A DNA stretch of 64,000 nucleotides from Psammoneis japonica (Eukaryota): positions 1 to 64,000 of the forward strand of contig QPGO01000285.1 of assembly GCA_008632985.1 (NCBI GenBank), written 5' to 3'. The notes under the pieces were generated by a model that saw nothing but the letters and a program-made list of their open reading frames with translations, had not been told where the DNA came from and made no database searches. Made by a program: the position numbers and the translations under genes. Position 1 is the stretch's first letter; each line of letters starts with the position of its first letter. Positions 49,299 to 62,778 of this stretch are shown piece by piece.

Positions 49299-50569
49299 GG
49301 TTTCTCTATCAAGTCAGTGACTAAAAGCTCAAAGGAAATGATCTGCTCTTGGGTCACGGGTGTGAAACGCGGCTTTGGAGAAAAAATGAGAAACTATTGA
49401 GCTTCATGCAACGAGATGTGGGACATGCGACCCTTGCGAGACTTGCGAAATGTCGGAGCTCTAGTCGTAAGAGTGAGGGAGTCTTGGCTTGGTTGCGTAA
49501 AAAGATTCAATTTCGAGCGCGGGAAACAAATTTGTCCAGCTATTATCAGAAGTGAACTTTCACAGTGAATTTATGTATGTGTTGTTTGCATTTTCAACTT
49601 ATTCAAGATTTAAAGATAAACTTAACAATATATACTGTACTATATGACATACTATACATTGAACACGAGTTGACGAGACAGAAAATGGCGGATTTGTTAA
49701 ATGTATTTTGTGTTCGAAACTCTTTGTTGAGTCGGATGCACCTTTCCGTTGAGCGTCAAGAATGTTGGAACGAGCCCAAATTTTGTTGGATCCCTTCTGC
49801 GTGCCAGCTCGTTTCTTGGCAAACAACGGAAAACCGCGTTGGGAATGGCGAATCTTCCGATTAAATTTCCGATGCCAGGTGGAATCGTATCAATCATACA
49901 TAGAATCTATCATCCAGTCAATCGAACACTTAACAGTGACATTGGTCCACACATCGTGTCATCTCCCGTTTCTTGGGCGCTCGTAGCTACCTAGCTCGTA
50001 GAACAGGAGGTCGCTCCTCTCTCTACTCTACGGTACCGTAGCTACTAGAGTAGCTCTCTACTCTCTACTACTAAGGACAAGGGTTGAGTGCCATTGTGGC
50101 TCCTTACCTTAGAGAGTCGTCAACAACAGCGGTCGGCCAAAGCTGTTGTGCCTCTAGTTAGTAGTTCGGTCTCTTGTTTGGATAAGATCCAACTCTAGAA
50201 TAGCTGCTGTACCGCTTCCTTAGCATTCTTTTTCTCGTTAGACTTATTATTATCTTTTGACTCGATCAGGTTGTCGATAGAAGAAACTGGTTGCACTGGC
50301 ACAGTCGACGTATTCTGTACGACTTCCAAACGACACTACTTTCCTCTCAACATTCGATGGATGCGAACATGAGCATGTACAAAACAAAAATACGACTTCA
50401 TAAGAAAGGTATTTGATGGCTAGGTTAGATAAGAATTGCCCCCTTTCACCTTTTCAGTTTCTTGTTTGTCGTAGTGGCAATTGTCCGTTTCAGTTTTACG
50501 ACCCGAGTAAAGTGTGAAAATCTATGCATGACCATGTGTCAAATACAGCAATACAGAGTGGACTTCTGC

Positions 50570-51266
50570 CTAGGTTGAAACACGAGCGTTGATCCTCTCG
50601 TTAAAGGTACGGGCAGAAGCTTTCTTGGCAGTAAACGCCTTCTCATACTGCTTAAAAAGCTTCTTGTCGTTATCGGTGAGACCTGGAATCTTGTAAATGT
50701 CTTTCACATCCTGGTAAGGACCATTGCTAGCAATCTTGCCAGCCGCGGTGGGGTACATGCCTATGAAAAGCAACAGGGGAATGAAAACACGACGATGAGA
50801 AGGGTTGAATCAAGTTTTGGTAAAGCCTTTGACAGAGCTGTTTTAGACCACATTGTACATACCAGGCAGAGCCTTGTAGTCGGCCTAGAGAACGAGCGGG
50901 TGGGAACAAAAAGGTACAGTGATTAGAAGGGTTCGTATTGAGTCGTATTGATGTTTCTATTGTAGAGCTGTCCAACTTTCTACTCACCACAAAAGCAGAG
51001 TTGAGATCGAGTAATCCTCCCGTCGCCTGCTGACCGGCAACAACCTCGTAATCGTTAGCGAAATCGCGATCACTTCCAATTCCTGCCTGAGTCCTGGTTG
51101 GCTCACGAGCCACAGCAGGGGCAGCCACAAGAAGAGCAGCCAGACCCGAAGCAATCGCTTCTCGGCGAGACGCCATATCCAGTTCCAACGAAGTGCGTAC
51201 AGCATGCTTGGCAGGTGCAAAAGCCACAGCAAGCGGCGCCATCATTGCGAGGAAAAGAAACTTCAT
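50570..51266 (-). CDS. psbU: Photosystem II 12-kDa extrinsic protein PsbU precursor (3 exons: 51266-50988, 50884-50863, 50760-50570; 163 aa)
   Basis: Signal peptide + AFAP, thylakoid transfer domain (SRREA...AVA), LDLNSAFVADYKALPGMYPTAAGKIASNGPYQDVKDIY; GT-AG introns restore the frame. Confidence 0.93.
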
Positions 51267-51731
51267 GATAAAGAACGTTGGGGGTTCGACGACAATCAGT
51301 TCAGCAAATTATGGAAGTAAGTAATGGAGGTGGTGCAGATTATGAGAACTCTACCAAAGGTGCTCTGACACGATATCTATCAAAGGCCTGAACATGCGAA
51401 CCCCACGGAGAATCTTTTGTGCTCTTCTTGGTGTTGATTGATGGGTGCTCGTCACACAAAACGACTTCAAAAGTTGATGTGCGGCTTCGCATAGATCCGG
51501 TGTCCGCCGTAGAATTCTACGGGAGAAACATACTGTGGTCCGTGGGATTGACGGATGAAAGCAAGACTCAGAAGATCCGGGTCTTTAAAAGTACCAGGAT
51601 ACGTAAAATTGTACATACGTCGTCTAACGGTGGATGTCAACGTAGATTGCTCAGAATTTTGGCGCGCGCCACCACAACACACACGGCTTCACACCCATCT
51701 CATCTCATTCTTTTGTTGCAGCTTCAAGACA

Positions 51732-54700
51732 ATGCCGTCGAAAAAGGCCGCGGCGCTTCGGGCCTTCAAGGAGGCTCGTTCCCGTAAGAACAATGGACTT
51801 GGTGGAGTAGATGATTATGAAGTTAAAGACGAGGGCGACGTGTACGAAGTGCTGGAAGAATCAGAGTATCAAGAGTTGGTTGAGTCTCGACGTCAGCGTG
51901 AAGATTTTGTTGTCGATGATGGTAAGGCCATTCGTTGCAGGTATGCATGTACTAAATGACTTATGGCTAACTCCTTGTCGCTCTACACTGCTATAGATGG
52001 CTTGGGATACCACGATGACGGCGAAGAGCGCTTAGGAGATGAAGACGGTGATGGTGACTCTCGTCCTAAGAAAAGATCTGGGACGGCTGCTAATTTGACT
52101 GCAGAGGCACTCAGAAAAGCCAGAAGAACCAATGCTATGCTGGCTGAAAAGAAAAAGAAGCAACAGATGGATGACGCAGAAGACACCGTCGGTAACAACA
52201 AGTCCATGTGGGATTACGTCAAGCGCGGTGCGTCTTCATCTGCAAATCAACGCAAGATTGCTTCAACGAACATGGACGTTAATGTCGATTCGCTTCTAGA
52301 TGAATTGGACGAACCCATCCACATTCCTTCCAAGAGGCCTCGTCACCATAAGTCATCCTCATCTAGGCGTGCCTATGGGCGAGCGTCGCATGGCCGACCA
52401 TCTCATCGCAGCGGCAGCTCTTCTTCACGTCGTCCTCATCGCAGTGTGCTGAGTGTGCCTCGCACTCATGATACCACTTATCAGGAGCCTGACGTACCTC
52501 AAGAGAACGATATCGGTGGAGGAGACTGGGCCAATGACGACGAGCCTATGCAGGACATGGATACAACGGAGCCTCCTGTGCCTGAGGACAATGCCACCTC
52601 TATCGAAAGAAATGATGACGTTGTTGATACCGAGACGAAACAAGCACCGACCGAGACAACGAGCGAGGATGGACCGAAACCCATGGACGCGACAGATGAC
52701 GATACCAACCAAGATGCAAAGCAAGAACCTTTGTCGGAAGAACAGCCAGAGAAAAAAGTTGTTCGCAAACGCTTTGCGCGTAAGAAGCTCGGAAGCTTGT
52801 CAGCCCCAGCGCAGAAGGCTCAGGAAGAAAAGGCACGAGCTGCCCGAGAGAAAACTAAAGCCGCCGTTGCACCTCCTACACCTGTCGCTCTGGATGTCAG
52901 TGGGGCTTCGTTTCGTCCTGACGTGATTCAAGGAGAAAATACGGCTGAAGCATCAGTATCTGCTGCCAATCTCGAGTCGGTGGTGCAAAAGGACGAGGAA
53001 ACAGGGGATAGCTACCTGGACATGTTTTGGATCGACGCGACGGAACAAAAGGGAGACATTCATGTATTTGGCAAGGTTCAGCTCCCCAGTAAGGATAATA
53101 CCAAGCCGGTATTTGTCAGCTGCTGTGCCGTCGTCAAGAACAATGTCAGGAATCTTTTCGTACTTCCGAAACGAAAAGACGACGGAGAATTTGAATCCAT
53201 GATGGATGTCCATACAGAACTCAAGTCAGTTTTGCAACCATCGTGTATTCCAAACGTTCAAGGCGCCACATGGGCTGGTAAAGTTGTGAAGCGCAAGTAC
53301 GCGTTTGAAGATCCGGCTATTCCTCGTGAAGAAACTTCCTATTTCAAGGTGGTTTACGACGCCAAGTATCCTGTTCCGTCACAAGAAGTATGCAGCGAGG
53401 GTGGAAAGTACTTTGACAAGATTTTGGGTGCAGGTGCATCTACTCTCGAGAACTTTATCATCAAGCGAAAGCTTATGGGTCCCTGCTGGATTCGCATTCG
53501 CAATCCTCAACCCAACGGATCTCCGATGAGTTGGTGCAAGCTCGAAATGCAGGTGGACTGTCCCAAGCATCTTAATAGGCTCGATTTGGTCACCAAGGGT
53601 GTACCCCGTCCGCCTCCTCCTATGGTTACTGTTTCTTTCAAGCTCAAGACGATTGTTAATCCCAAGACGCAAAAGTCGGAGATTGTATCCGTCAGCACCA
53701 TTTGTCACAAGCAAGTTTCCTTGGAGACGGCTTCGGATGAATCGACGCGTCACATGACGCAGCTCTCTCTCATTCGTCCTTTAGGTGGAGCTAGTGGTGG
53801 TGGCATTCCGCAATTCCCCCGTGACATAGACTCTGAGATTGCTACTTCCATTCCTCAGTTGCAACGTATGCCCAACGAGAGAGCCTTGCTCAGTAGGCTC
53901 TTGGCGCAAATTGGAAACTGGGATCCCGACGTTTTAGTCGGACACAACGCGTGGGGATACGACATGGAGATTATTTTGTCTCGTTGTGCCGAGTTAAAAG
54001 TCCCTACGTGGAGTAAGATTGGAAGACGTCGCAGGATGCAGCTTCCGCATCGGTCGTCGTTTTCCAAGTCCAAGGATTGGGCCATAGCTGATGCGGTGGC
54101 AGGGCGACTACTTTGTGATACATATTTGAGCGCTAAGGAATTGCTTCGTGAGACAACATACTCGCTCACCAACCTGGCGGCTTCGCAACTCAAGATGGAT
54201 CGCCAGGAGATTCAGCCGGTTGACGTCCCGCGGTGGTTTTCTTCGTCCAAACACATTTGCCACCTTGCCAGTACCACCTTGTCCGACGCCCAGCTGGTGC
54301 AACGGCTTTTCTTCAAGTTACAGATTCTGCCTCTAACCAAACAGCTAACCAACATCGCTGGTAACTTGTGGTCGCATACGATCAGAGGACGGCGTGCGGA
54401 GCGTAACGAGTATCTGTTGCTACATGAGTTTCATGAGCTCAAGTTCATTGCTCCAGAAAAGAAGAAATCCAAGCAGGATGCAACGTCGAAGAAGGCTAAA
54501 TACAGCGGTGGTCTGGTGTTGGAACCAAAGAAGGGTCTCTACAATTCGTTTATTCTCTTGTTGGATTTTAACAGCCTCTACCCCTCCATTATTCAGGAAT
54601 ACAACTTGTGCTTTACCACCATGGATTGGTCCAAGTATACAGATGGAGATGGCTCTTCGTTACCTCCGGTTCCGGATGATAGCTTGGATCGAGGGGTTCT

Positions 54701-56517
54701 TCCGCGGGTTATTAAGACTCTTGTCGAACGCCGACGTGGTGTCAAGAATATGCTCAAGAAAGAAGAAAATGCGGAGAAGAAGCAAGAGGTAAGGCATTAT
54801 TGGCTTGAGCGTGATTTGCCTGTCCTTTCGACAATGTCTTATTATTGCGTTTTCTGTCTCTGCAGCTGAACATCCGTCAGCAAGCTCTCAAGTTGACTGC
54901 CAACTCCATGTACGGATGCCTTGGTTTTTCTAATTCTCGCTTTTACGCTCAGCCGATTGCCGCACTCGTCACAGCCATGGGACGTGAAACTCTTCAGCGT
55001 ACGGTGGATGTCGCACAAGACACTGTCGGTCTTGAAGTGATTTACGGCGACACGGACAGTATTATGATCAACACTCGGATCTTGGATGCGTCGAAGGTGG
55101 ACGAGGTCAACAAGCTTGGAGACAAGGTCAAGAGGGAGGTTAACAAACTCTATCGAAGCATTGAGTTGGATATTGATGGCATTTTTCGCAAGATGCTGTT
55201 GCTTAAGAAGAAAAAGTATGCTGCGGTTACTGTGACGCAAAAGCCCAACGGAGAATACGAGTACTCCCAAGAGGAGAAGGGTCTCGATTTGGTGCGAAGG
55301 GACTGGTGCATTCAGTCGAAGGATACGGGACGTTACGTGTTGAGTCAGATCCTCTCGGACGAAGACGGCGAAGAAGTTGTAACGAAAATTCACGAGCATC
55401 TTGAAGGCGTCGCTGCAAAAATGAGGAATGGCGAGCTACCGCTTAAAAAGTACGAGATTACCAAGGGACTGAGCAAGCATCCAAATGATTACCCCGACGG
55501 TAAATCTCAGCCTCACGTCATTGTGGCCAAGGCGATGTTAAAGAACAACCGGCCTGTCAATACGGGAGACCACATTCCCTATGTCATCACGGCTGCAAAC
55601 GAAGATTCATCGTCAGACCAGCCCACGACAAAGACCTCGGCTGCTGAACGCGCGCGTCACCCTGAAGAAATCGAACGTAGCAACGGGGCCCTAAAACCAG
55701 ACGTCGAGTGGTATCTTGGCCAGCAGATTCTCCCTCCTATTGCTCGCCTCTGTGAGCCTATTGCCGGGACCTCGCAAAGTATTCTCGCTGAGAAACTAGG
55801 GTTGGACTCGACCAAATATTCAAGTGTTATCCACTCTGGTGGAACCGAAGTGGACGACGAGGATCTGGTGGATTACACCCCGGCGTCGAGTCTACCCGAC
55901 GAGGAGCGGTTCAAGAATGTTGAGAGGCTTATGCTTACCTGCTCGGCTTGCAATGTGAAGAGCGAGTTTCCAGGAGTGTTTTTGCCTCCAAAGACGCCAC
56001 TACTGGATCCACTACGCTCGTTTCGGGATTGCGCTGTGTGAACCCCGACTGTCCTCACCCTGAGTTTTGGGGTAAACCCAGTCATGTCGATTGCTTGGCT
56101 CGGGTTTCCAACGCCGTTTCCATGTTGGTCCATCGTCGTATGAGACAGTACTACCTGGGCGAGATTCGTTGCGAAGACCCCTCCTGCGGTCTTGTCACCC
56201 GCCAGCTCTCTGTTGTCGGTGAGCAGTGTATGAGTCGAGGTTGCACGGCTTCCATGCACCCTGTGTACAGTGAGCGTGCGATGCACGACCAGCTCAAGTA
56301 CCTGGACGCTCTGTTTGATGTTAATCACGTTTGTGAGAAACTCGAACAAAAGAAGTTCGGCACCAAGAAGGATCTGCTCAGGGACATTTCCAAGAATGAC
56401 AGGACCACGTGGGAGGAGCTCCGTGAGGGCGCCAACAAGTATCTACAGGGTAGCGCTTATAACTGGATTGAAGCCTCCTTGTGGACAACGTTGTTTGGCA
56501 GTAGTAGCCCGAGGTAA
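51732..56517 (+). CDS. POLA1: DNA polymerase alpha catalytic subunit (exons 51732-51921, 51997-54788, 54866-56517; 1-nt frameshift near 55980)
   Basis: EDFVVDDDGLGY N-terminus, [56 protein letters not shown]-terminal Cys zinc fingers. Confidence 0.97.
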
Positions 56518-56593
56518 AGCAGTAAGCGCGTGTGGGGCGTTGCCGTAATTTAAACCTTGTAGTATTTCATGGACTACTATTTTAAGTATCCTA

Positions 56594-58042
56594 TTACTGT
56601 CCTTTCCGCACTTCTATTACTGAAGAGGTGCATAACTTCGATTCCATAAGCGTGAGGTCGCAAACTCCCACGACTTTATTCGTTTGCGAGTCAAAAGATT
56701 CCTTTGAGTGCCCGACAACGCACTTGAGAGTCAGGACAAAGAGCGCATTTCGATTCAACAACGCCTTGGCTTGGAGCATGAGCTTGGCCTGGTTATCCAT
56801 ATCCTTGAGGCACATGTCACTGACGAAAACATCAATGCCGAGCCATTATTGGAGGTGTTTTCTGCTTGTTTCTCAAGGTGAAGAATTGCATCACACGTTT
56901 TCATTCTCAAGTGAGTGACATTCGCGTGGCTGCGAACTTGTTCGTCCAATACGGCAGGATCAATGGCGTACACGTGTGAGCAGCCATTTTGTACAAGGAA
57001 TCGAGTCCATCCACCCGGTGATGCTCCACAGTCCATTGCAACTTTCCCATGAAGCGACGCTACAGAGTATCGATTGAATGCCTCCTGCAACTTGAAGTAA
57101 GCTCTCGAGACTCTGTCCTTGTTTATTTTGCCTTTCTCAATCACGAGGCCAGAATAGGTCTCAGCGCTGGACAATCCCAGTAGAAAATAGTCATTATCAA
57201 TTTGTACAAATGAGAAAACATGCGTAAAGCCAGTTGGGGCCAGTGTAATCTGTAGCTTGTTGCGTTCAGAGTACTGGCACAATCTCTCTGCGACGATCGG
57301 TTTTAATCTTGGTGGGCATGTTACGACTCGCAGAATTTTCTTGGCGGGATGCGGAGAATGGGCGAACGGGGCTTGTCGAAACAGGTCATCCAGAGCCGCT
57401 TCCGGCAAGCGTATTTCATCGTCACAGAACAACTTGGGACTCAAAGAGAAACTTGATTCAAGGCAGGCTTTAAAATAGTATCCTGAGCGAGCCTGGATGC
57501 ATACATAACAAGATCGTTTGTATTTTCTACCAAAGATGGCTCCAGAAATAAAAGAGAGGTGACTCGTTTCTTGCCAAACGCCAAGGAACCAATCTCCGAC
57601 AAGTTGAAGTTTCGCTTTTGCTCGGTAATGTAGCTTTGTAATCGAGACAAGTGAGAGGTATTGCACTGAACAACCACCACGTATGGTATGCGCTTATTGT
57701 CCAAAGACAAGTGTGTAAGCCTGTGTTGGATTTCTCAAAGTCCCTCTCTGCTTTGGTCTTTTGCTTTTTCGGAGGAACGGGAACGGGTCTTTCGTATGCG
57801 TAGCCAACCTTGTACTTCGTCGAAGTCGAGTTGTTGTTTGCTTTCCACGCTTCCTGCGCCGATTCGTTTGTTTCAAAAGTCACAAAGGCGAACTTATTTT
57901 GCACAATGACAATGCTCTTGAGAGAACCATAGACACCAAACTCTTGCTTGAGTTCTTCTTCTGTGATTGATTCGCTTAGGTTTCCAACAAACAAGCGATT
58001 CGAGTTCTCCATACTATAGTCGCTCAACTCCACGTTAGCCAT
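56594..58042 (-). CDS. RRM domain + FtsJ/RlmM-like SAM-dependent RNA 2'-O-methyltransferase (apparent frameshifts near 57715 and 56850-56900)
   Basis: RNP motifs LFVGNL and FAFVTF; VSRAYFKLQEA, AMDCGASPGGWT, VYAIDP, V.DMCL, FVLTLK. Confidence 0.8.
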
Positions 58043-58599
58043 ATGCTGAAGACCGTGTACGAGTCGCTATGTTCTAGATCCAATACAGAAACTCCTCTGT
58101 GAATGAGAGATTGATGAATCGCAATAAAAAGTAAGCATGAAGCAGCGACATTACAGGCACGCAGAAGCACGCCGCAATCACGGCCCACGCGCGTTGCATA
58201 TAACATACCGTCATCTGTATGGCTCTCTAGAACGTGCTATTTTCTTTCGTTGTCTCTACTTTTCTTGCATAAGGAGCCATTATTGGTGAAAAGACACGCA
58301 TTGAGATGCATTATAATATCATTCCGTGAGTTGCATCGGTGTTCAGCCACTCTCAAATCGCCATCGTCATGCCGACAAGCCCGCAACAGCGCGGTGATAT
58401 GGGTGTTTGATATTTATATCTTAAAATATGAATATAATCATTAACAGATTCATCATCACAAAAACTCTCCATGACATCCCTCCCGCTAAACTCGACACGA
58501 TGTTTCTTGTTTTAATCATTCAACGACGGAATTGTTGACGCAGACGCCATACCGTTACTCTAAGGTGTAGAGGAATCACTTGTTACGGAAAATCAGCAC

Positions 58600-59973
58600 A
58601 TGTCGCTCTTGTTCCACAAGCCAAACACAACAGAAAACGGACGAGGGCAAAGAATGTTTTGCCTCATCAGGTTGATTCTGTCGATTGTCCTTTTACTGTT
58701 GGTTGCTACATCCTGGCGTCAACTTCACTTTGCATCTGCAACAAACGACAAGGGATCGCCTTTCTTTTCATTGTCGCGATGGGGTTTTCGACGAGCGCCC
58801 TCGTCGTCGTCGTGGTCATCACTCTTGACGTTGGATCCATCCAAGATTTTACCCACGCTGGTGAAGCACGGGGGTTTGCTCGTTCCGGATTACATTGAAA
58901 AAGATCTAGAGTCATTGGCTCAAGTCTGTCATGTCGAAGCATCGAGTCTTGATGTCGCAAATCGAAAGCTTGAACTAGTGAATTTCACCGTGGCTCTCTC
59001 AAACGAAACTCAACAACAAGAGGATTACAATGCTGCGCTGAGAATCGGTCGAGTTTACATTGAGTGGGATTCCTATCTGCGTCCCTGTGTCAATATTCAA
59101 GTAGAGCAAGTTGAGATTCTTCTTGAATTTACCAATTTTCTTCTCACAAGAAACAATTGGTGAGTCTGCTATGTACGGTATTTGCGTTGAGATGTGCGGA
59201 AGATTGTTCATGACGCATAACAGTACCAACAGGGATTTTTTGTTTTTGTTTATATCCACCTTAGGCACGAATTGAACGATGCTGGGTTTCCTCCCCGTCT
59301 GCTCTTGGAGAGTAGTGGTACTAGCGACAGTGACGCGCCGAGTAGCACCTTTGTTCGGTTTAGCAATGTGGAATTTCTTGGCAATGTCGTGGTACGCATT
59401 CAATCACGCCCGTTGGACCATAAACCATTGACCAACGACATCATGTTTGACTTTGCTACACTCAAGGATTTGACTTTGGAGATTCAAGCATTGGCGGAAT
59501 CCAACAAGAGCAATAATAATGCAGACGAAAGACCCGGTTGCACCACGGATGAACTGTACAACCTGACGGTTGACTGGTTCATGCGAAAATTGGAGGGCGT
59601 CCTACAAAAGATTCTTTTAGAGTTTGCGTTTGCTCCAGAAGGTGGCATTAAGAGTGCTAGGCGACAAGTACAAGAGCATCGACAACAGCTTGCAAAAAAT
59701 GCTCGTTCCATGCTGAAGGAGTATGCAACGAGTGCCGGAAACAAGATATTGCAAGACCACGAAGGCTCCTTCTCAAGATTGAAAGACCTCGTGCCAAAAG
59801 AACATTTAGACCACCTGGAACAGGTGTCAAAGAAACAGCTAGATCGAGTAGCAGACGGTAGCTTGTTCAACAAAATCCTGAAGAAGGCGTTTGATAAGAA
59901 GGACAAACCACCGATTGGAGTGGACGAGGATACATATGAGTTCCCAGAAGACATTATGTTTCCCGATCTGTAA
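58600..59973 (+). CDS. Hypothetical protein with N-terminal transmembrane segment (exons 58600-59159, 59265-59973)
   Basis: Two long ORFs joined in frame by a GTGAGT...TTAG intron; hydrophobic LILSIVLLLLVA. Confidence 0.75.
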
Positions 59974-60039
59974 CACACTATGTTTCATAATAAAGAGCTA
60001 TTGCGTTTTCGATGCTGACGATCGACGATGAGTCCACAT

Positions 60040-60230
60040 CTACTAGGTACCGGTACCGGTAGAGCATTGTGATTGAGCACAACATAACACGCTCGCTACC
60101 GGTACTTACTTCTAGCTACTGTAGAAGTAGCTACTCTCTACTACTCTCTCTAGAGCTCTAGCTAGTAGACCACTCTAGTAGAGAGCTAGAGAGAGCTCTA
60201 GCTAGCTACTCCTACTAGCTAGAGTATGTC
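60040..60230. repeat. CTAG/TAG/CTA-rich low-complexity intergenic patch
   Basis: CTAGCTAGTAGACCACTCTAGTAGAGAGCTAGAGAGAGCTCTAGCTAGCTACT; similar patches at 49980-50075 and 46120-46133. Confidence 0.7.
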
Positions 60231-60557
60231 CATCCCCCTTGTCCTCCCGTCCGTCCGTCCGTCTCATGCCAATGCAGAGATGAACGCGAGGAGGGATAGG
60301 AGGAGTCGTCGTCGTCAGTAGACTAGTCTACCAAAAGATCTCTTGCCCATTCTGGGATTTTGACATCTCTCGTATCATAAGCTATAGAATCATCGTACTG
60401 GTATTCATTATCACGATCTGTATTTTTAAACTTCTATCCTAAATGAAGGTTTTGACATGGACAAACCGCTGATTTAGCATCCAAGATTCCAACGATCTCA
60501 TGTTAACCAATCTTTAAACTTGATTGGTTGTCTAATGAAGCAACTTGTTATTCGTGA

Positions 60558-62243
60558 TCATGATCCGTATATCCAACTTATGCACGCCATGGAGAGGAAT
60601 ATCACAGAAACAACCCCAACCGCAATAAAGATACTGGGGTGATCCACGTCTTCGTGGTGGCCACAATAAAACAACCTGCACGGCATGCTTCGTGAATCCG
60701 AAATCTCTGAAAGCACTCGTTTGTAGAGGTCATCCTGGACCGTCAAAACATATCTAGCCTCGGAGGGTGCCTGGTTCTTTTGCCGACACGCAGCACAGTT
60801 GTCGCAGTTGCAGTTGCACGCACAACCACCAAAGTAGTTCACTTCTTCATCCATTAGATACTCGGAAAAGTCATCGTATTCATCAAGGTAGTCTGATCTG
60901 AAAATCATTCCTGACTCCAATTCCGAGTCCATCAACAACTGGACCTTGTCGGTTGGTGCATGAAAAAGAACTTTTCCAGTTTTTGTCACGCCACGAAACA
61001 AGGTGCTTCTCCTGACATCCGACACGACAGATGTAACCGATACGGTCGACAGCATGGACGAGAGACTCAGTTCCGATCCAGTTCGTTGAAGTGGTAATGG
61101 TCCGCTTTGTCCGTCACCGGAAGAAAAGGATCTGGCCCGTGTCGCCAGCGGTGGACGTGCGCTTCGTGTTGCGCCACCAACACGTTTTCGTTCCGAGGAA
61201 AAGGGTGATTTGTGTACTGGCGGCAATCCTTCGGAAGAAAAGGTACGGCGATGATGTCCACTAGCTGATGGACGAGTGTCTGATCCGTAGGAGCTGATTC
61301 GACGGTGTCCACCTATTGGACGCCCACCCAAAGAATTGTTTCTACGATGATGACCAAGAGATCCTGTGCGTTTGTGACTTGACCTAGGACGCGGTGGTGT
61401 CGTTGAACTAGCCATCACGCCATCTCTGTCTTGTGGTTCCGCTTCTTGAGAACGTGACAATAGCGGTGTCCTCTGGGTGCTGTCTGTAGCAGAATGGACG
61501 CGTCGATGATTCCTGGATAACAAACTTGGACGTGGTAATGTCAAAGATGGGGAACTTGGTCGGGGTGGTGGTTTTGCGGCTACTGCTTCGGTTGATACAT
61601 AACCAGAATTACTCGGTGATTTTGTGTTGCCGGAGGAATATATCTGACTTAATTGGTGCTGATCATGTTGAGGTGGAGTTTTGTATATAGAGGATCGTGG
61701 GCTTGACCGGTGACCCGTGCTTCCAGTTGACTTGCGACGAGAGCTTCGGGTACTGCTCGGCGGAGGAGGAGTCCTCGCTGTTGAACCATAGCCAGTGTGT
61801 TGTACTTCGTCTTTTGAGGGAGAGAGAAGCGGATGCCCAGGTTCGCTCCAGGTAATTACTCCCGGAGCACCATGGCCATTGGCGGGAGAAAGACCCCCGT
61901 AACCATAGTCATAAGCATTTTCCTGAGGTGGCGGTGGTGGTGGAGGCGGCGGCGGTAGTGTGTTTGACCACGAAACGTGCTGCACATGATGAGGTTGGTA
62001 TTGATTTGATGGAGTCACGCTGGGGTCAAAGAAAGGAATAATCTCATCATCCGAAGCAGATCTGTATCGGTCTTGAGGAGGCGTTCCTCCGTAACCGAGA
62101 TTAGAATGTTGCTCTGCTACAGAACTATGTGATTGTCGATACATGAGTTGTTGGTCCTCCCATGCAAGCTGCTCTTCTCCAGTTGAAAAGCGACGATCCT
62201 GGTTCAGATCATGGCCCAACTCAGCACTTGACTGCTGCGTCAT
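60558..62243 (-). CDS. Hypothetical 561-aa protein: disordered Ser/Pro/Arg-rich N-terminus, Cys cluster, C-terminal transmembrane helix
   Basis: Single long ORF; CACNCNCDNCAAC; PCRLFYCGHHEDV; hydrophobic tail. Confidence 0.8.
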   Translation of the reverse strand: MTQQSSAELGHDLNQDRRFSTGEEQLAWEDQQLMYRQSHSSVAEQHSNLGYGGTPPQDRYRSASDDEIIPFFDPSVTPSNQYQPHHVQHVSWSNTLPPPPPPPPPPQENAYDYGYGGLSPANGHGAPGVITWSEPGHPLLSPSKDEVQHTGYGSTARTPPPPSSTRSSRRKSTGSTGHRSSPRSSIYKTPPQHDQHQLSQIYSSGNTKSPSNSGYVSTEAVAAKPPPRPSSPSLTLPRPSLLSRNHRRVHSATDSTQRTPLLSRSQEAEPQDRDGVMASSTTPPRPRSSHKRTGSLGHHRRNNSLGGRPIGGHRRISSYGSDTRPSASGHHRRTFSSEGLPPVHKSPFSSERKRVGGATRSARPPLATRARSFSSGDGQSGPLPLQRTGSELSLSSMLSTVSVTSVVSDVRRSTLFRGVTKTGKVLFHAPTDKVQLLMDSELESGMIFRSDYLDEYDDFSEYLMDEEVNYFGGCACNCNCDNCAACRQKNQAPSEARYVLTVQDDLYKRVLSEISDSRSMPCRLFYCGHHEDVDHPSIFIAVGVVSVIFLSMACISWIYGS

Positions 62244-62778
62244 ATTATGAACAACGAGGCAATCAAAACTGACCTAAGTTAACGCCATTGTGGGTAGTGA
62301 CGTCGTCGTAACGTCTTGTACCGGTAGGCATGGCGGCGCTTTCAGCGACGCCGCATTGAACATCGAGAACGCATGCGGCGGAGTGCCCCTCTTATTTTGT
62401 GAGGCGTGACACAACATTACATTCATCTTCGTCGACATATCTTCTAATTATATCTTTCATACTATACCATTCTTAAAATATGACATAACTTAATGATAGC
62501 TTAGAGCACAAATACAATTTATTCATTTCAACGTCGCATGGGAGTTATCTCGTAGAATTAATACCATTCGCTAAACTACACAAATTGTCAGTACTGAAGC
62601 TACTTGCTATCGCAGACTGTGGCGCAAAGCGCTTTCCCGCCTTCCATTTTTCTCACCGCGATTCCATGCTCCATGCACTGAAACAGCAGGTATTGTTGTT
62701 TTGATTGTATTCCAAATTGTCACTGCAGTTTCCTTCCACTTTTTGTCTGTACACGTCGTTAAAGTTCATTATACAACA

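Noticed and set aside
55975..55990. Programmed frameshift or pseudogenisation of DNA polymerase alpha
   Set aside because: The break lies in a T homopolymer of an essential gene, and similar single-base breaks occur in neighbouring genes; most likely assembly error.
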